This document shows, one piece after another, positions 1 through 12,336 of a stretch of 64,000 nt of DNA (position 1 is its first letter; each line of letters opens with the position of its first letter). Source of the stretch: Octopus sinensis (lineage: Eukaryota). Under the pieces are notes generated by a model, which worked only from the letters and a program-made list of their open reading frames with translations, was not told the origin of the DNA and did not search any database. A program made the position numbers and the translations under genes. The DNA is taken from assembly GCF_006345805.1 (NCBI RefSeq), contig NC_043006.1, positions 51,708,001-51,772,000 of the forward strand. The letters run 5' to 3'.

Positions 1-269
1 TCGCAGACGTGAGGAAACGCTCAGAGCTTGGGGAATACGAAAAAACGTTAATGAGTACGGGTTATCTCCCTTAAACTGAGAGATAATAAAAATTTTTTTA
101 AATGGCCTAATGATCAAACGGGGAGATCCAATTTTCTAGTAAGTAGCATTTGAAGTGGATACATTTAGAAAATACTTCTTTACGGCTGTTTAATGCGCCA
201 GGCTTCTTAAAATATTTAAGAATTTTGGCTCTGTCCGCGATACAGATTTTCCATTAATACAAAATCAGG

Positions 270-445
270 TGATTCGCCAACACTGCACCTGATTTTCTCC
301 CCTCCATGCACACGCAAGCACGTATCTGACTCATACACTGTTCACTTTCCAGACATTTGTACATTACTGCACATGCTTTATACGTACTTTTGACAAGTTG
401 TGGTGCACCTGAGCTCTGTATACAATAATTTCATTATTATTATTA
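270..445 (+). mobile_element. 3' terminal fragment of the CR1-clade LINE with (TTA)n tail
   Basis: gattcgccaacact...gcacctgagctctgtatacaataatttcattattatt matches the 3' end of the copy at 8800-8958. Confidence 0.8.
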
Positions 446-464
446 CACGGGCCCGGAAAATCAA

Positions 465-997
465 TTAATTTCCACTTGACATCACTCGAAGTCCTTTGAT
501 CTTTGAGGTACCACTCATGGCGGGCCAGGGACGTGACAAACCGTCTTTCTGGAACTCTGAAGGAGGACTAGTGGTTAAAAAAACGTTTCTTGAACGAAGT
601 ACTCGCCGAACCAATATATTTATAAACATCGATGTGGCCCTATTCGCACTCCTGGCAACATACGGCTCGGGGCTGGTCATCTCATCGGTGTCGAAGATGA
701 ATGTTTGGTCCTCAACTGAGGTGGCGGAACTGGGAATGGCAGATACCCCCTCCAAGTCGTTGATTCTTGATAGATCATTATTTCCAGGTGCGGCGTCTAT
801 ACTGGTCACTCTATCTGCATCTATTGTTTGTTCATTATCTGTGGCGGTGGTATCGAGATCTTCGGTGACGCTCTCTGAGATGCTGGTCCCGGTTTGGTTA
901 TTATCTCTGGGCGTGGCAACTGGATTGGTGTGAGACGTGGTTAATCTGCTGTCCGATGTTTCATTACTGTTATTACAGATATTAGGTCTAGGTATCG
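465..997 (-). other. Orphan stop-free frame (~177 codons, T/S/D/N-rich), no ATG at its 5' end; possible exon or retroelement fragment
   Basis: ORF track 465..809 extended by hand to an upstream TAA near 998-1000; GC visibly higher than the flanks; no recognisable domain. Confidence 0.25.
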
Positions 998-1014
998 CAT
1001 TGGACAGTTATTAC

Positions 1015-1118
1015 ATACCCTTCAAGAGGCAACCTGCCTCTTCCCTTGCATTGTGGATACTTGATAAAGTATTTTTTATGTTATGCAAAGGAGGAGGCAG
1101 GTTGCTCTTGTAGGGTAT
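1015..1118. repeat. Inverted repeat / hairpin with ~37-bp arms
   Basis: atacccttcaagaggcaacctgcctcttcccttgcat pairs with atgcaaaggaggaggcaggttgctcttgtagggtat. Confidence 0.85.
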
Positions 1119-1698
1119 ATAATAACTCTACAGTACGATTCTCAATTCATATTGTAATGTTTTAAAAATATCTAACATAGTTAATATTAAAATATAGAAA
1201 CGTATTTTTTCGAAAAATCTTTCTTACGAAGTTACCTTAGCCTTATCTCCCCTTCATTGTTACCTTATTCAACATTTCAAATAAACTCTTTTATCACTGT
1301 ACGTTTTTTTTCAATATTTTTAACCACAGCACGTATTTTCTCTCTCAATTCTGTAATATTAACAACTATTCTTTTTTTTTTAATCCTTCCGCTTAGACTT
1401 ATTTCACACAAACGAATATAATGCTTTTTAACTAATAATAAAACTTTTTTCCCCATTATATTAACTTAATAATCACTCCCCAACAACCCTAAATATTTTT
1501 GTCTTTTAAATTTCAAGTAACTTATATAAAATTATACTAACTACTTATATTTCTTATTCTAGAAATTAAAAAAAAATTTCTTTTTAATATACACCATAAT
1601 TTATTTTCATTTTTTTTCATTGTATACCATGCTTTATATGGAATGTAAATCACTATATTGCTTATCTTCATATAGAGAGATTATTTTTTAAAACATTT

Positions 1699-3251
1699 TC
1701 TATATATATATAAAAGAGGCTTTGGGTCAAAATTGTGTGCACATTTTGCTACGTCAGAGGTTGGCAGCCAGACCAGTGGTCGGATCGAGCTGAAAATTGA
1801 CACAGGCATAGAAGGCGTGATGAGGCAGAGAGTTGAGTAGGTTAAACTCGCCATCTGGAAATATGCTGTTGCTATGGTGAAAAGAGTGATTTTTTATCGA
1901 TTCAAGGGGGCTCTAAGCCCCTCCAGATTGGTATCTAACGCTCAACAGCATGCACTTTGGGCTGTTGTGCTTTATAATCATGAATTTTGTCGCGAAATTC
2001 AGGCTACTAAGCAAAGATTTTTCATTGTTGAAAAAACGAGTTTTCTTTTAATTTTTTTTTCTGATCACATTGTAAGCCTCTTCAGGAAAAGAAATTACAT
2101 CTGCATGTAGCCCTTGAGAAGGGCTATAATTCACATTTTTAGTCGCTGTGAAATTTTGCTTTTAAGCTCGAAAAAAGTTTGAAAATTAAACAAAAATGTT
2201 GAATTTTTCCTGGCACGTAATACTTCAAATGACGTCATCGTTGTGAGATGCAACTTTGCTGCAAAAGCATTATCGATTTTTTTCACGGCTGCATAAACTT
2301 ATGAAACCAAAAGCGCTAGCAAGCTCATGCAAGCTGCCGATAACTAATCTTTCTTTTTATAAAAGTGAAAGGATTTTGTCTGTTTATTTCTGCTGTCCAC
2401 TTACGACGGTAATTCAATTGACTAGGAAAACTACGTATACATGATGAATATCCAATACCAAACTATCTTAATCTACATATTTAAACTGCATTAAACTTTA
2501 CCTATTCTGAGTTACTTGAAAGGTGATGTCCCTTTCCCTCTCTTCTGTTTGTTGATACCTTTTTTTTAAAACTTTGATATCGTTGTTTCACTTTAAGTAT
2601 GCTTATTTACCCATCCATTATGATATTTCGACTACTATCCATTGTTTCAAATACGTTTTAGCATTGTCATTCTAGCCTTTTTTAAAAACTCACATATGAT
2701 TCGTCCCAACGAATCAACCTTTAAATAAGAGTTTTGCTTCCACTAGCGAAAGCTATACGTATCTTTCAGGAAGCTCCATAACAGTTTAACTTTATGCAGC
2801 ATTCATTGTTAGTTTATGTGCACGCTATGTGGGAAGATAGAATGAAGGGGCTTTTGTTAGCTTTTCTCTCCGAAAAAGAAAAAAAAAGAAACTCGCAGAG
2901 GGGAAGTTTCAACATTTTCGTTCAATTTCCTTACACCATTTATGTGGCTGTTTCTGACAAGAAATTTCGCTTTCGTGTAGAACAACTATATTTTGTAGTC
3001 ATTATCCGTAATCTACTCCCAAAACACTTCAGTAGCTCTACTTTACATCGCTTGCAAACTTATATGTTCAATGATCATTAAGAGTGCAACGACCTCCATA
3101 ATAACCAGCCTTCAGTTTGATTTTCCGTTCCTAGGTTAATCGGAAACAGATTGCCGTGCTACACATAAACCTTCTCGGTAGTTCAATTATTTGGTGAAAA
3201 AAATACCACGAAAGCAACTTAAACTGTCCAAAGGACGGGTGCGTTTGCTAG
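1699..3251 (+). mobile_element. Putative non-autonomous Helitron-like element
   Basis: 5' TCTATATATATATAAAAG; 3' small hairpin ctgtcc-aaa-ggacgg followed by gtgcgtttgCTAG|T; no coding capacity. Confidence 0.45.
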
Positions 3252-3794
3252 TTCACTTATATTTCATAATATCCGTTAGCCGCGTCAGTTATAGTTCATG
3301 CACAACTAGACTCAACACTACCTAAGCATGTTTTTATATTTCATCTTTCATAATATTATGAATATCTGAATATGTTATATGACACTCACTCCACCTAGAC
3401 TTCTGTAACAATATAATATCCTTCTGATTTATTCTTTTTGATGTATTCTTCTTTCGCACTGAGGAGAACAGTAATATGTAAATAATTTAATTATGATTTT
3501 AATTAAATTAATTTTTGATTTTTTTCCATGTTTATTACATGTTAATATTACCATTGGAAACGATCGTATGCATGGATTAAAATTTTATAAGACTTCTAAC
3601 GCCCTCTCTTCTCCTTCTTTAACTGTTTGTTGAGTTTATATGGGATACGTGCTCTATAAATGCTCATAACAAACCTTATACTTGTAGCATTTTCATATTT
3701 AAAAATAATACTTACAATAGTAAGCTACCGATGAAGAATCATTAGAAATCTTTGGAACCCTGCAAAGTAAAGGATGAAATAGAACTCATATATA

Positions 3795-6480
3795 TAATAA
3801 TAATAATAATTGTGTACAGTGCTCAGGTGCATTACAACTAATCTAAAGTGTATATATAATCGGCGGATTTCGGAAAGCATGAGGGCCTTAAAGGATGCAG
3901 TGTCATGGCAGTCAACAACTGACGCAGGCAGTTTATTCCATGCTTCAGCAACTCTGAGCGTGAAAAATGTTTCCGAAAGTCATGGGAGCTGTGTTGTTTT
4001 CTGACTTTGTAGGCATGTCCACGTGTGTTAGACACATGGAGATCAAAAAGGTGTTCAGTGTTGTTGTTGGTGAGGTGGTTGATAACTTTGTGGGTGTTTA
4101 CCAAGTCCGTCGCCAGACGCCGGAGCTTCAGTGAATCCATGCCCAGGGAAACAAGGCGCTCAGAATATGGTAGGTGTCTGATGGAGGGTATGCGTTTGGT
4201 TGCACGTCTCTGGACAGATTCCAGGAGGTCAATGTTCTGAGCAAGATAGGGGTTCCAAACCGATGATGCGAATTCCAAGTGTGGTCGTACCATAGCTGTA
4301 TATAGTTTTAAATAGATGGCTGGAGAGCGGCTAACAAAAGTCTTGCTGAGTGATGCCAAGACACCCTCGGCCTTCTTGACAATTTTAGAGATATGCTTTG
4401 TCCAACGCAAATCACTGCTGACAGTGATGCCTAGGTCACGCTCGCAAGAGGATTTCTTGATATCAGTGTTGTGGAGGGAGTATGTGAACGCAGGGTTTTT
4501 TCTCCTAAAATGTATGGTGGTACAGTTGCCAGTCTGTGATCCATTGCTGCATTGTGTCTAGGTCTGATTGCAGGAAAGAGTTGTAGACATCAGGATCTGT
4601 CCTCTTGATTTCAAGGTACAACTTGATGTCGTCTGCATATTTCAATACTGTGGCATTCTTTAGATTGGCATCTATGTCATTAATGTATGCCACAAACAAG
4701 AGGGGACCAAGAACAGATCCCTGTGGTACACCCGATGACATCTCATATGGTGTAGAGTGCTGTCCTAGAACTGTGACTACCTCCTTTCGGCTGAGGATGA
4801 AGGATTTCAACCAGTTAAAAAGGTCATCCCTCACACCCATTGCAGAGAGTTTCACCATAATCCTTTTGTGTGGCACAGAGTTGAAAGCTTTAGCAAAGTC
4901 AAGGTAGACAACATCCACCCATGAGCCACTGTCAGTGATCTGAGTAATGTCCTCAAGGAACTCGACAAGCTGATCACTGCAGCTGGAGTTAGGGACAAAT
5001 CCATATTGTGAGGGTCGGATGAGACTGTGAGAGTTCCAGAAGTTCCAGAGTGTTTCTCTGACACACGATTCCATCAGTTTTGCAATACAGCTAGTGAGAC
5101 TGACTGGGCGATAGTTGACAGGTGATGTGCGGTCGCCCTTTTTGAACAGAGGAATGACACTGGCAGTTTTCCACTGCTCCGGACTAGCACCATTGTTGAG
5201 ACAGTACTGGAAGAAAATAGAAAGCTGGTGTAAAAGGAAGTACCTGCCACGTTTGAGAAGCAGGTATGTAACTCCATCGAGACCAGGGGAGGCATAGTTG
5301 CGCTTATTTTGAAGGTGACGTCGCAGCATTGCAGGTGTAAATTCCATAGTTGTTATGGAATTTGCTGTTAGTGATGGTGAAGATGGTACATTTTGACTTT
5401 CAACAGTGAATATGTTTGCATAGCACTCGGCAATGAGTTCTGCGCATTCCTTGGGGTCGTCAGTGATCTGGTTTGTGTGAGGGTTGCGAAGAAGGCCCAC
5501 TGGAGAGTGAGGTCTATGCTTTGAATGCACATATTTCCAGAAAACCTTGCTGTCAGGATTGGCTGCTATGCACTGTTCAAATTCAAGCACTGCTTTTTTT
5601 GTTACTTGCTTGAGATGGTTGGAGGATTTATTCCGCTTCTTCCTGTTGGCGTCTGATTTATGCAACTTGTATTCCCGTTCAGCAGTCCGACGTTCCTTCC
5701 TGGCAAGTCGGACCGCTGAAGTTTCCCAAATTGCCCTTTTGGGGCGGTTCTTCTTTTTCTGTTTACGTGGCACTGATGCTGCACATGCTGCCCATATTGA
5801 GTCCAGGATACTCTGGAGTATAGCATTCACATCTCCAGAGTTGTAGAATTCACGCCAGTTTGGGTGCTGTAGTTCAGTGTGGTACAGGTTCCAATCTGCT
5901 CTCTTCCAATCGAAGGAAGCAGATTGGAGATGGTTCAGGTTTTTGTTGCCCGCAAGAGCCAGATTGGCGATGATCATAGCATGATCAGAGTCACCTAGAG
6001 GTTCCTCCGTAGTGCAATTGATAACCGCTTCAGGAGTTGTGGTGAAGAGCAGGTCCAAGGTGTTGTCGCCTCTTGTTGGAGAGGTGACTACTTGTGACCA
6101 GTTTGAGTCCAGCACAAGCTCAACAAAATCGTTTGCACTCTGTGGCCAATGGAAGGTTTCCCAATTGATCTCAGGATGATTGAAATCGCCTGCAATAAAA
6201 ACATAAGTGGCTGTTTTCCTGGCAGCAGCTCGGAGGATATTGCAAAGCTGTGTGTCCTGATGGTAATTTGGGGGACGATAAACAACGCCAAGCAGGAGTG
6301 TTGACATGGTCATACGTACGTCACAGAAAAAAACTTCTTGTGATTCGTTCAAATCGGCACAAGGAATTACCGAAAAATTTGAACGAACGTAGACCATCAC
6401 ACCACCACCACGGCGGTTAATGCGGTCCTTACGGAAGAGGTTGTACCCCGTGATGTTGAAAACTCCATCACAGAGTATCA
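3795..6480 (-). mobile_element. CR1-clade LINE, 5'-truncated within the APE domain, with (AAT)n tail
   Basis: APE motifs (GYNLFRKDR..RGGGV, GDFNHPEINW, SDH) and RT motifs (YRPVSLTS, YLDFAKAF, GVPQGSVLGPLLF, YADD); C-terminus LRRLATDL. Confidence 0.93.
3838..6480 (-). pseudogene. Disrupted ORF2 (APE-RT) of the CR1-clade LINE
   Basis: ORFs 4505..6640 and 3838..4410 are broken near 4500-4520; the N-terminal HTHT run comes from a microsatellite. Confidence 0.88.
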
Positions 6481-6481
6481 C

Positions 6482-6500
6482 ATATGTATGTATGTATGTA

Positions 6501-6575
<75 letters not shown>
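6482..6575. repeat. (TATG)n(TG)n microsatellite
   Basis: Direct reading. Confidence 0.97.
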
Positions 6576-7520
6576 ACAGACATGACAGAAGTAAATAGAC
6601 ACCCCATAAAACATCGTTTTATGTTTATTCTAATTTGCAAAAGTTTATATATTTTTTATTTGACATCTGGTAGTTTCAAGTAACTTCTATTGCATCACTT
6701 GCTGCACTTTTCTGCGGGAGAGGTGTGTGCAGCATTTTTCTTTTGTTACGTTTGGGGAATATTGTATTGTATTGTATCAGTAACTTTTGTCATGGGGTTT
6801 AGTTTCACTATTCTGTTGTATTAGTGTTTGCATTGTGTGTTGCTTGTGCAGTACAGGTTGTGTTCTTCTATTGGGTATCGGGCTTCTATGGTACATATTA
6901 TGGGGTTTGTTCACTTTATTGAGTACTTATTGTATGAGTTTATTCCTGTATGATTTTGGGGGAAGTGTTGTACTGTAGCATGCGTTAACCACTTTACTGT
7001 AGTCATGGTTATCCGTCTCTCGCTCGTTTTTGGTTTTATTATTCATTTGGACAGTGACATTAAAAGATGGGTCGGCCTTTACAGGGTTTATTTTGACAAA
7101 ACACCGCATCTGGACATGTGTTGAAGTTTCTTTCGAATTGTGATTACCCGGGGCTCACTGGACGAGATTCAGTACTATTACTTTCTCCTTTATTCATTGT
7201 TCTCTATTTCTAGATTTTCCCCCCTAACACTGATCATAGTTGTTCCTTTATAGTTCAGAGGAATGAGGCTCGTTGCCTCTTTGGTTGAAGACATTTAAAT
7301 AATGTATGTGTCCATGTGTGGGTAGAATAAACTTTATAATTATTATTAGTGCATAAGCAAGAAACTGGGAAACAACAGTGTGCATATGTACAGAGGATTT
7401 GTAGAAATATGGATGCATATGTGACTATAAGTTTACTCACAGTTTTTGTATAGAGGTATTGCAGTCCACGTGTTTACATTTTCATGCACGTTTTGCTGTG
7501 GCAGCGTACCCGAGTGAAAC

Positions 7521-7523
<3 letters not shown>

Positions 7524-7559
<36 letters not shown>
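7524..7559. repeat. (TA)n microsatellite
   Basis: Direct reading. Confidence 0.97.
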
Positions 7560-7561
<2 letters not shown>

Positions 7562-8958
7562 AGCTGCATCGCCAAACTGATGGAATCCTGTATCAGAGAA
7601 ACCCCCTGGAACTTCTGGAAGTCTCACAGCCTCATCCAGCCGTCACAATTCGGATTTATTCCTAACTCCAGCTGCTGTAATCAACTCATCGAGTTTCTTG
7701 AAGATGTTACCCAAATCACTGATCGCGGATCCTGGGTGGATGTTGTTTACCTGGACTTTGCTAAGGCTTTTAACTCTGTGCCACACAAAAGACTTATGGT
7801 GAAGCTTTCTGCGTTGGGTGTAAGAGACGAACTCTATAACTGGTTAAAGTCCTTTATTTTCGGCCGAAAAGAGGTTGTCACAGTTCTAGGACAGCACTCT
7901 TCGCCCTATGAGATGACATCTGGTGTGCCGCAGGGATCTGTTCTTGGCCCCCTTTTATTTGTTGCATATGTTAATGACATAGATGCCAACTTAAAGAATG
8001 CCACAGTGCTGAAATATGCAGATGACATCAAGCTGTACCTCGAAATAAAGAGGTCAAATCCTATACACTATGGATCTCTATTGCAAGCAGACCTGGACAC
8101 AATGCAGCAGTGGATCATGGACTGGCAACTCAAGCTGGCTGTGGACAAATGTACCACCATGCATTTTGGGAGGAGAAACCCAGCGTCCACCTACTCCCTC
8201 CACAACACTAGTCTCAAAAAGTCTTCAAGTGAACGTGACCTGGGTGTTATTGTCGACAGCGATTTGCGTTGGACAAAACACATCGGTAAAATTGTCAAGA
8301 AGGCTGAGGGTGTCTTGGCATCACTCACCAAATCCTTTGTGAGCCGCTCTCCGGCTATCTATCTGCGGCTGTATATAGCTATGGTAAGACCTCACCTGGA
8401 GTTTGCATCGCCGGTCTGGAGCCCCTATCTTGCCCAGGACATCAATCGTCTGGAAGCCGTTCAGCGACGTGCAACCAAAAGAATACCCTCCATCAGGCAT
8501 TTGCCATATCCTGAACGCCTTACCTCCCTGGGCATGGACACATTGAAACTCCGACGTCTGGCAGCTGACTTGGCAGACACCCATAAAATTATCAACCATC
8601 GCACAAACAATAACTCTGAGCACCTCTTCAAACTCCACCCATCTAACACCCGTGGACATATTTACAAAGTAAGAAAACAGCACAGCTCCCATGACTTCAG
8701 GAAACATTTTTTCACGCTGAGAGTTGCTGAAGCGTGGAACAAACTGCCGACATCGGTTGTTAGTTGTCGGAGCACTGCTTCCTTCAAGACTTCCATGCTT
8801 CCTGAGATTCGCCAACACTACACTTGATTTTCTCCCCTCCATACACCCAGACATTTCTACACTACTGCATGTACTTTATATGCACTTTCTGACAAGTTGT
8901 GGTGCACCTGAGCACTGTATACAATAATTTCATTATTATTATATTATTATTATTATTA
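7559..8958 (+). mobile_element. CR1-clade LINE, 5'-truncated RT half with uninterrupted frame to the stop at 8827, 3' UTR and (TTA)n tail
   Basis: ORF 7484..8827 carries YLDFAKAF, GVPQGSVLGPLLF, YADD and FFTLRVAEAWNKLP; same family as 3795-6480. Confidence 0.93.
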
Positions 8959-8960
8959 TA

Positions 8961-9531
8961 TGTAACGGTGGACTTAATTAGTGTAACAGCATATTGTAAG
9001 ATGTGAAAGATGAACAATGCATGAAGTTTTAAGGAAATATTTATTTTTACCGGTTACATTATACAATACCTTGCCTCGACGGGCAGGTGATAAAATCGTA
9101 AAGCATGCGAAGTAAAGATAGATATAGATTTTCCTTGCATAATTTGTGTTTGCGTTCTCGTCATTGTTTAGTAGCAATTACAGAGAGAGAGAGAGAATGA
9201 GGTTGTAAGAGAACAGAATTAGAGCTAGTGTCTTTCTTTTCCCCTCTGGTCGTTTGTCTGCCTGCTTCCATGATTCTAGTGGTCGGTTCACTAACTGATG
9301 TTAGCTCTCTCTAAACTCAAGAGTTTGTCCCCAAGGTGACTAACTCAGTTGTCTCCAAGTCACTAACTGGTTTTTGCTTGTGGGTCTTGCTTTTATAACT
9401 ATCCAGAAGGATAGACATATCGTTGAGAAAAATGGGCTTCGTTGGTGGTACTGCGATATCTCTATTCTAGCTTTTGGTGAAGTAGAAATGGTGAAGGCAT
9501 TATTTCGGCCTAGCTAAAGGCATCTGGCATA
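8961..9531 (-). mobile_element. Possible solo LTR
   Basis: Plus strand begins TGTAACGG, like the TGTAACGAA LTR end at 10376; minus-strand TATA-like (~9392) and AATAAA-like (~9040) motifs; TSD imperfect. Confidence 0.35.
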
Positions 9532-10375
9532 TGTAAAACTGCTGTCACTGAAAAAAAACAAAACAAAACATTGTTCCACCGTGAGAAGAGTCCTATTGAA
9601 TGTTAATTTAAATCTGGCTATGGTGGATCGAATCCACTTCATACCTGCAAGATGCACTACATATATATATACTCCATATAAGAAAAATCTTTCGGTTTAC
9701 TGAGATGCCTTGTATTAAAACATGATCTTCTTTCATTGTTCTTGTGGCTTCTTCATTCCTGCTTCGTGATGGTTTCAGATTTGATATATCTTCCCAGACA
9801 GCTCACTATCCTTCCCTGCACGCATCCGTGTGTGGGTTATATAAACTTTATAATTATCGTTGATGTATAAGCGAGAATCCGAGAAACAGCAATATGCATA
9901 TGTATAGAGGATTTGTAGAGATATGGTTGCATACATCATAAAATGTTTACTCACAGTTTTGCAATTTTGGTACAGAGATATTGTAGCCCACATGTTTACA
10001 TTTCCACGCATGTCTTGCTGTGGCGGCGCATATGAAGGAAGCTATTTTTTTTATATTATTATATGATGAAAACTCTCAGCTCATTTTGCTGGGTATGATG
10101 GAAAATGTTAGCTGTTCACAGCCAGCAGACTAAGGTGACGCTTGCTTACTGGCCATGCTTCAAGAACCCTATGAAGAATTCTTGCAGTGACACCAGACTT
10201 CTTCACATGCTTCAACAATGGTTCCACGGTATTTTTTATATACCACCCTAAGCTGTTTTCCTCTGTTTCTATACAATCCTGGCAACTGATGAAACCTTTC
10301 TCACCCTCCCTATCCCCATTCAGTTTTCTTTCAAGAACCTTTCGAATACTTTTCTTGTACTATTTGGGACACTCT

Positions 10376-10871
10376 TGTAACGAAATGTGAATATCTTCTC
10401 TGGACCTTTTGGGGGTGCGAGAAGCAATCACTTTCCGTTGCTTTAATAATCCAGATTCTACCAGTCAAAGAAACACAAAACGCAGACGTAAATAATATAT
10501 ATCTACTTTATTCTCTTATGTGGTAACAGATAATTGGTGTATCTGGCATCCCTTTGGTATAGATGTGTCTCAGCTGAACCTTATCGCTGTAGAATAAGAA
10601 AGTGTTCAAATGCAAAACGACACTTGTCAAAGATGGCGTCCGGAGAAAGGAAGATGATGTGGTCGGCAACAATTTGGTTAAAGCCTTCGGCCGACTGCTA
10701 TCAAAAATGGACAGAGAGAATATACGTGTTGTACCTTCGATAGCCATGTCTCAAGTCGATGACTGCTGCTGGTCAACGTCCTACGATCCCCTTGCCTCGG
10801 CTAACTGCCACGTAGGCAAATGGTCCTTCTTCCGGGGCTTCGCGCATGCGCCGCTGTATAGCGTCACTACA
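10376..10871 (-). repeat. 3' LTR of the non-autonomous element
   Basis: TGTAACGAA...CACTACA; near-identical to 12337-12836. Confidence 0.9.
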
Positions 10872-12314
10872 GAGCTCCACCCCAGTGCGAAGCACGACAC
10901 AAAATTCCCTGTAGTGACTATAAAACTCAAGGTGGACACCAGATAACCAAATAGCACACAATATAATAAAAATGGCAAAATTTTACATCATACATAAGAA
11001 ATTCACCAAAAGGAAAAAATACTCAAAATGAGCAAAATTCAAAAGTGCATGCATGAAAGTGGATACGTCACAAAGTAAAAAGCCTTCCGCTGACCAGCGG
11101 AAGGAAAGCAAAACTCACAGTTAATGTACCTAGGCGAAATTAAATCCAACTCCTCTAAAGGTGGTTGGTCCTGCGAAATAGCAGTTAAATCAATTGCTGC
11201 AGGAGAGGAAATGGAATCGACAGATAGATCGCTAGTAACACAAAGGCAAAAGTGCAAGCATGCTGGTGTGATGCGCGACACAGATAATTTTCTCTGTTAA
11301 TTACGTGACCAACAGGGGTCTAACAGGGAAAAGAATTAAGCTAACGCAAACGTGTTGCAAAAACAAGGCAATACACGTGCGAAGCAAAGGCGCATGAAAT
11401 GCAATAGGGCTTGCCAGACCGAAAAAACAGCAATGAATATGCCAGTGGTTGAGCGATTATATGCCTCGTTCGTACAGGAACAAAAGTATGGCATGTCGGC
11501 GCGTTATAATGGACAAACAACCCTCTCTATGTATACGTGACCCCTAGGGTCTATAGAAATGAGGTGTGTCCACAAAAGGCAAATTTAGCATGGAAAAAAC
11601 AAGCGAGAAAAGCATGTGTGACGTATGTATGTGAGAGAGATAGCATTTATGTGTGTGTACGTGTGTGCGACAGAAATACATACAAGGTGAATGCGAGCAA
11701 AAATAAAAATACAGCGCATAGAAAAAGTCTCTCAGGGCTATCTCAGACAATGGAGTTAATTTACCAGTCCGTAATAGCCTGATGCACAATAGCAGTTCGT
11801 TCTGTAACAGAATGTTGAAATCACAAATGCAGATGCCGGTTGAACACAATGTGTAGCGGTTGTAGCTTCGATGCTGTGACAGGTTAAATCGTTACAGAAG
11901 AATCTCGCAGATAGACTGTGCTGTAAATCCTTGGCGCGCTATGCACGAACAGCGTGAAAGCTAAAGTTCCGCGAGTTGCTATGTACATCTTGGTCGACGG
12001 TGTTGAAAGGCGACGGTGGTGGAGGCGACTGTGGTGTGGACTTGAGACAACATTGTTCTTAGTGTTGATGGCGACGAAGATAACGACGACGTGAAGTTCT
12101 AAGACGACGATGATGATGACGAAGGCAGAGAAAAAGCATCGATGATATGATGGCGTCCGTCATTATGTTGAAGAATAAAAAAGAGGCTCCTTCTATAACT
12201 GTTTGTGGTGACAGGAAAACAAATCGTCGAAAGATGAATGCGTAGAGTTAATCGTGTTCCGACTTGCAGAAAACTGGATTTCTTTGTTGTTAAGTGATCT
12301 CTGGGTTTAGACCA

Positions 12315-12335
12315 GAATCACGTCGGGGGTCACCA
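12315..12335 (-). promoter_or_regulatory. Primer binding site complementary to the tRNA-Trp 3' end
   Basis: Minus strand TGGTGACCCCCGACGTGATTC directly after the 5' LTR; animal tRNA-Trp ends in AUCACGUCGGGGUCACCA (one extra base here). Confidence 0.85.
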
Positions 12336-12336
12336 G

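Noticed and set aside
1140-1680. Possible mitochondrial insertion (very AT-rich)
   Set aside because: No recognisable mitochondrial gene, tRNA or rRNA motif
3728-3750. Hammerhead-like CCGATGA-A-GAATCATTA-GAAA
   Set aside because: U4 is mutated, stem II is not closed, and there is no stem I or III complement
9925-10045. Duplicated coding exons on the minus strand (with 7437-7522)
   Set aside because: Lengths differ in phase (87 versus 79 nt), and changes are mostly non-synonymous or create stops
10602-10946. Duplicated ORF suggesting a tandem gene pair with 12567-12878
   Set aside because: Lies within the two LTRs and has no domain or splice support
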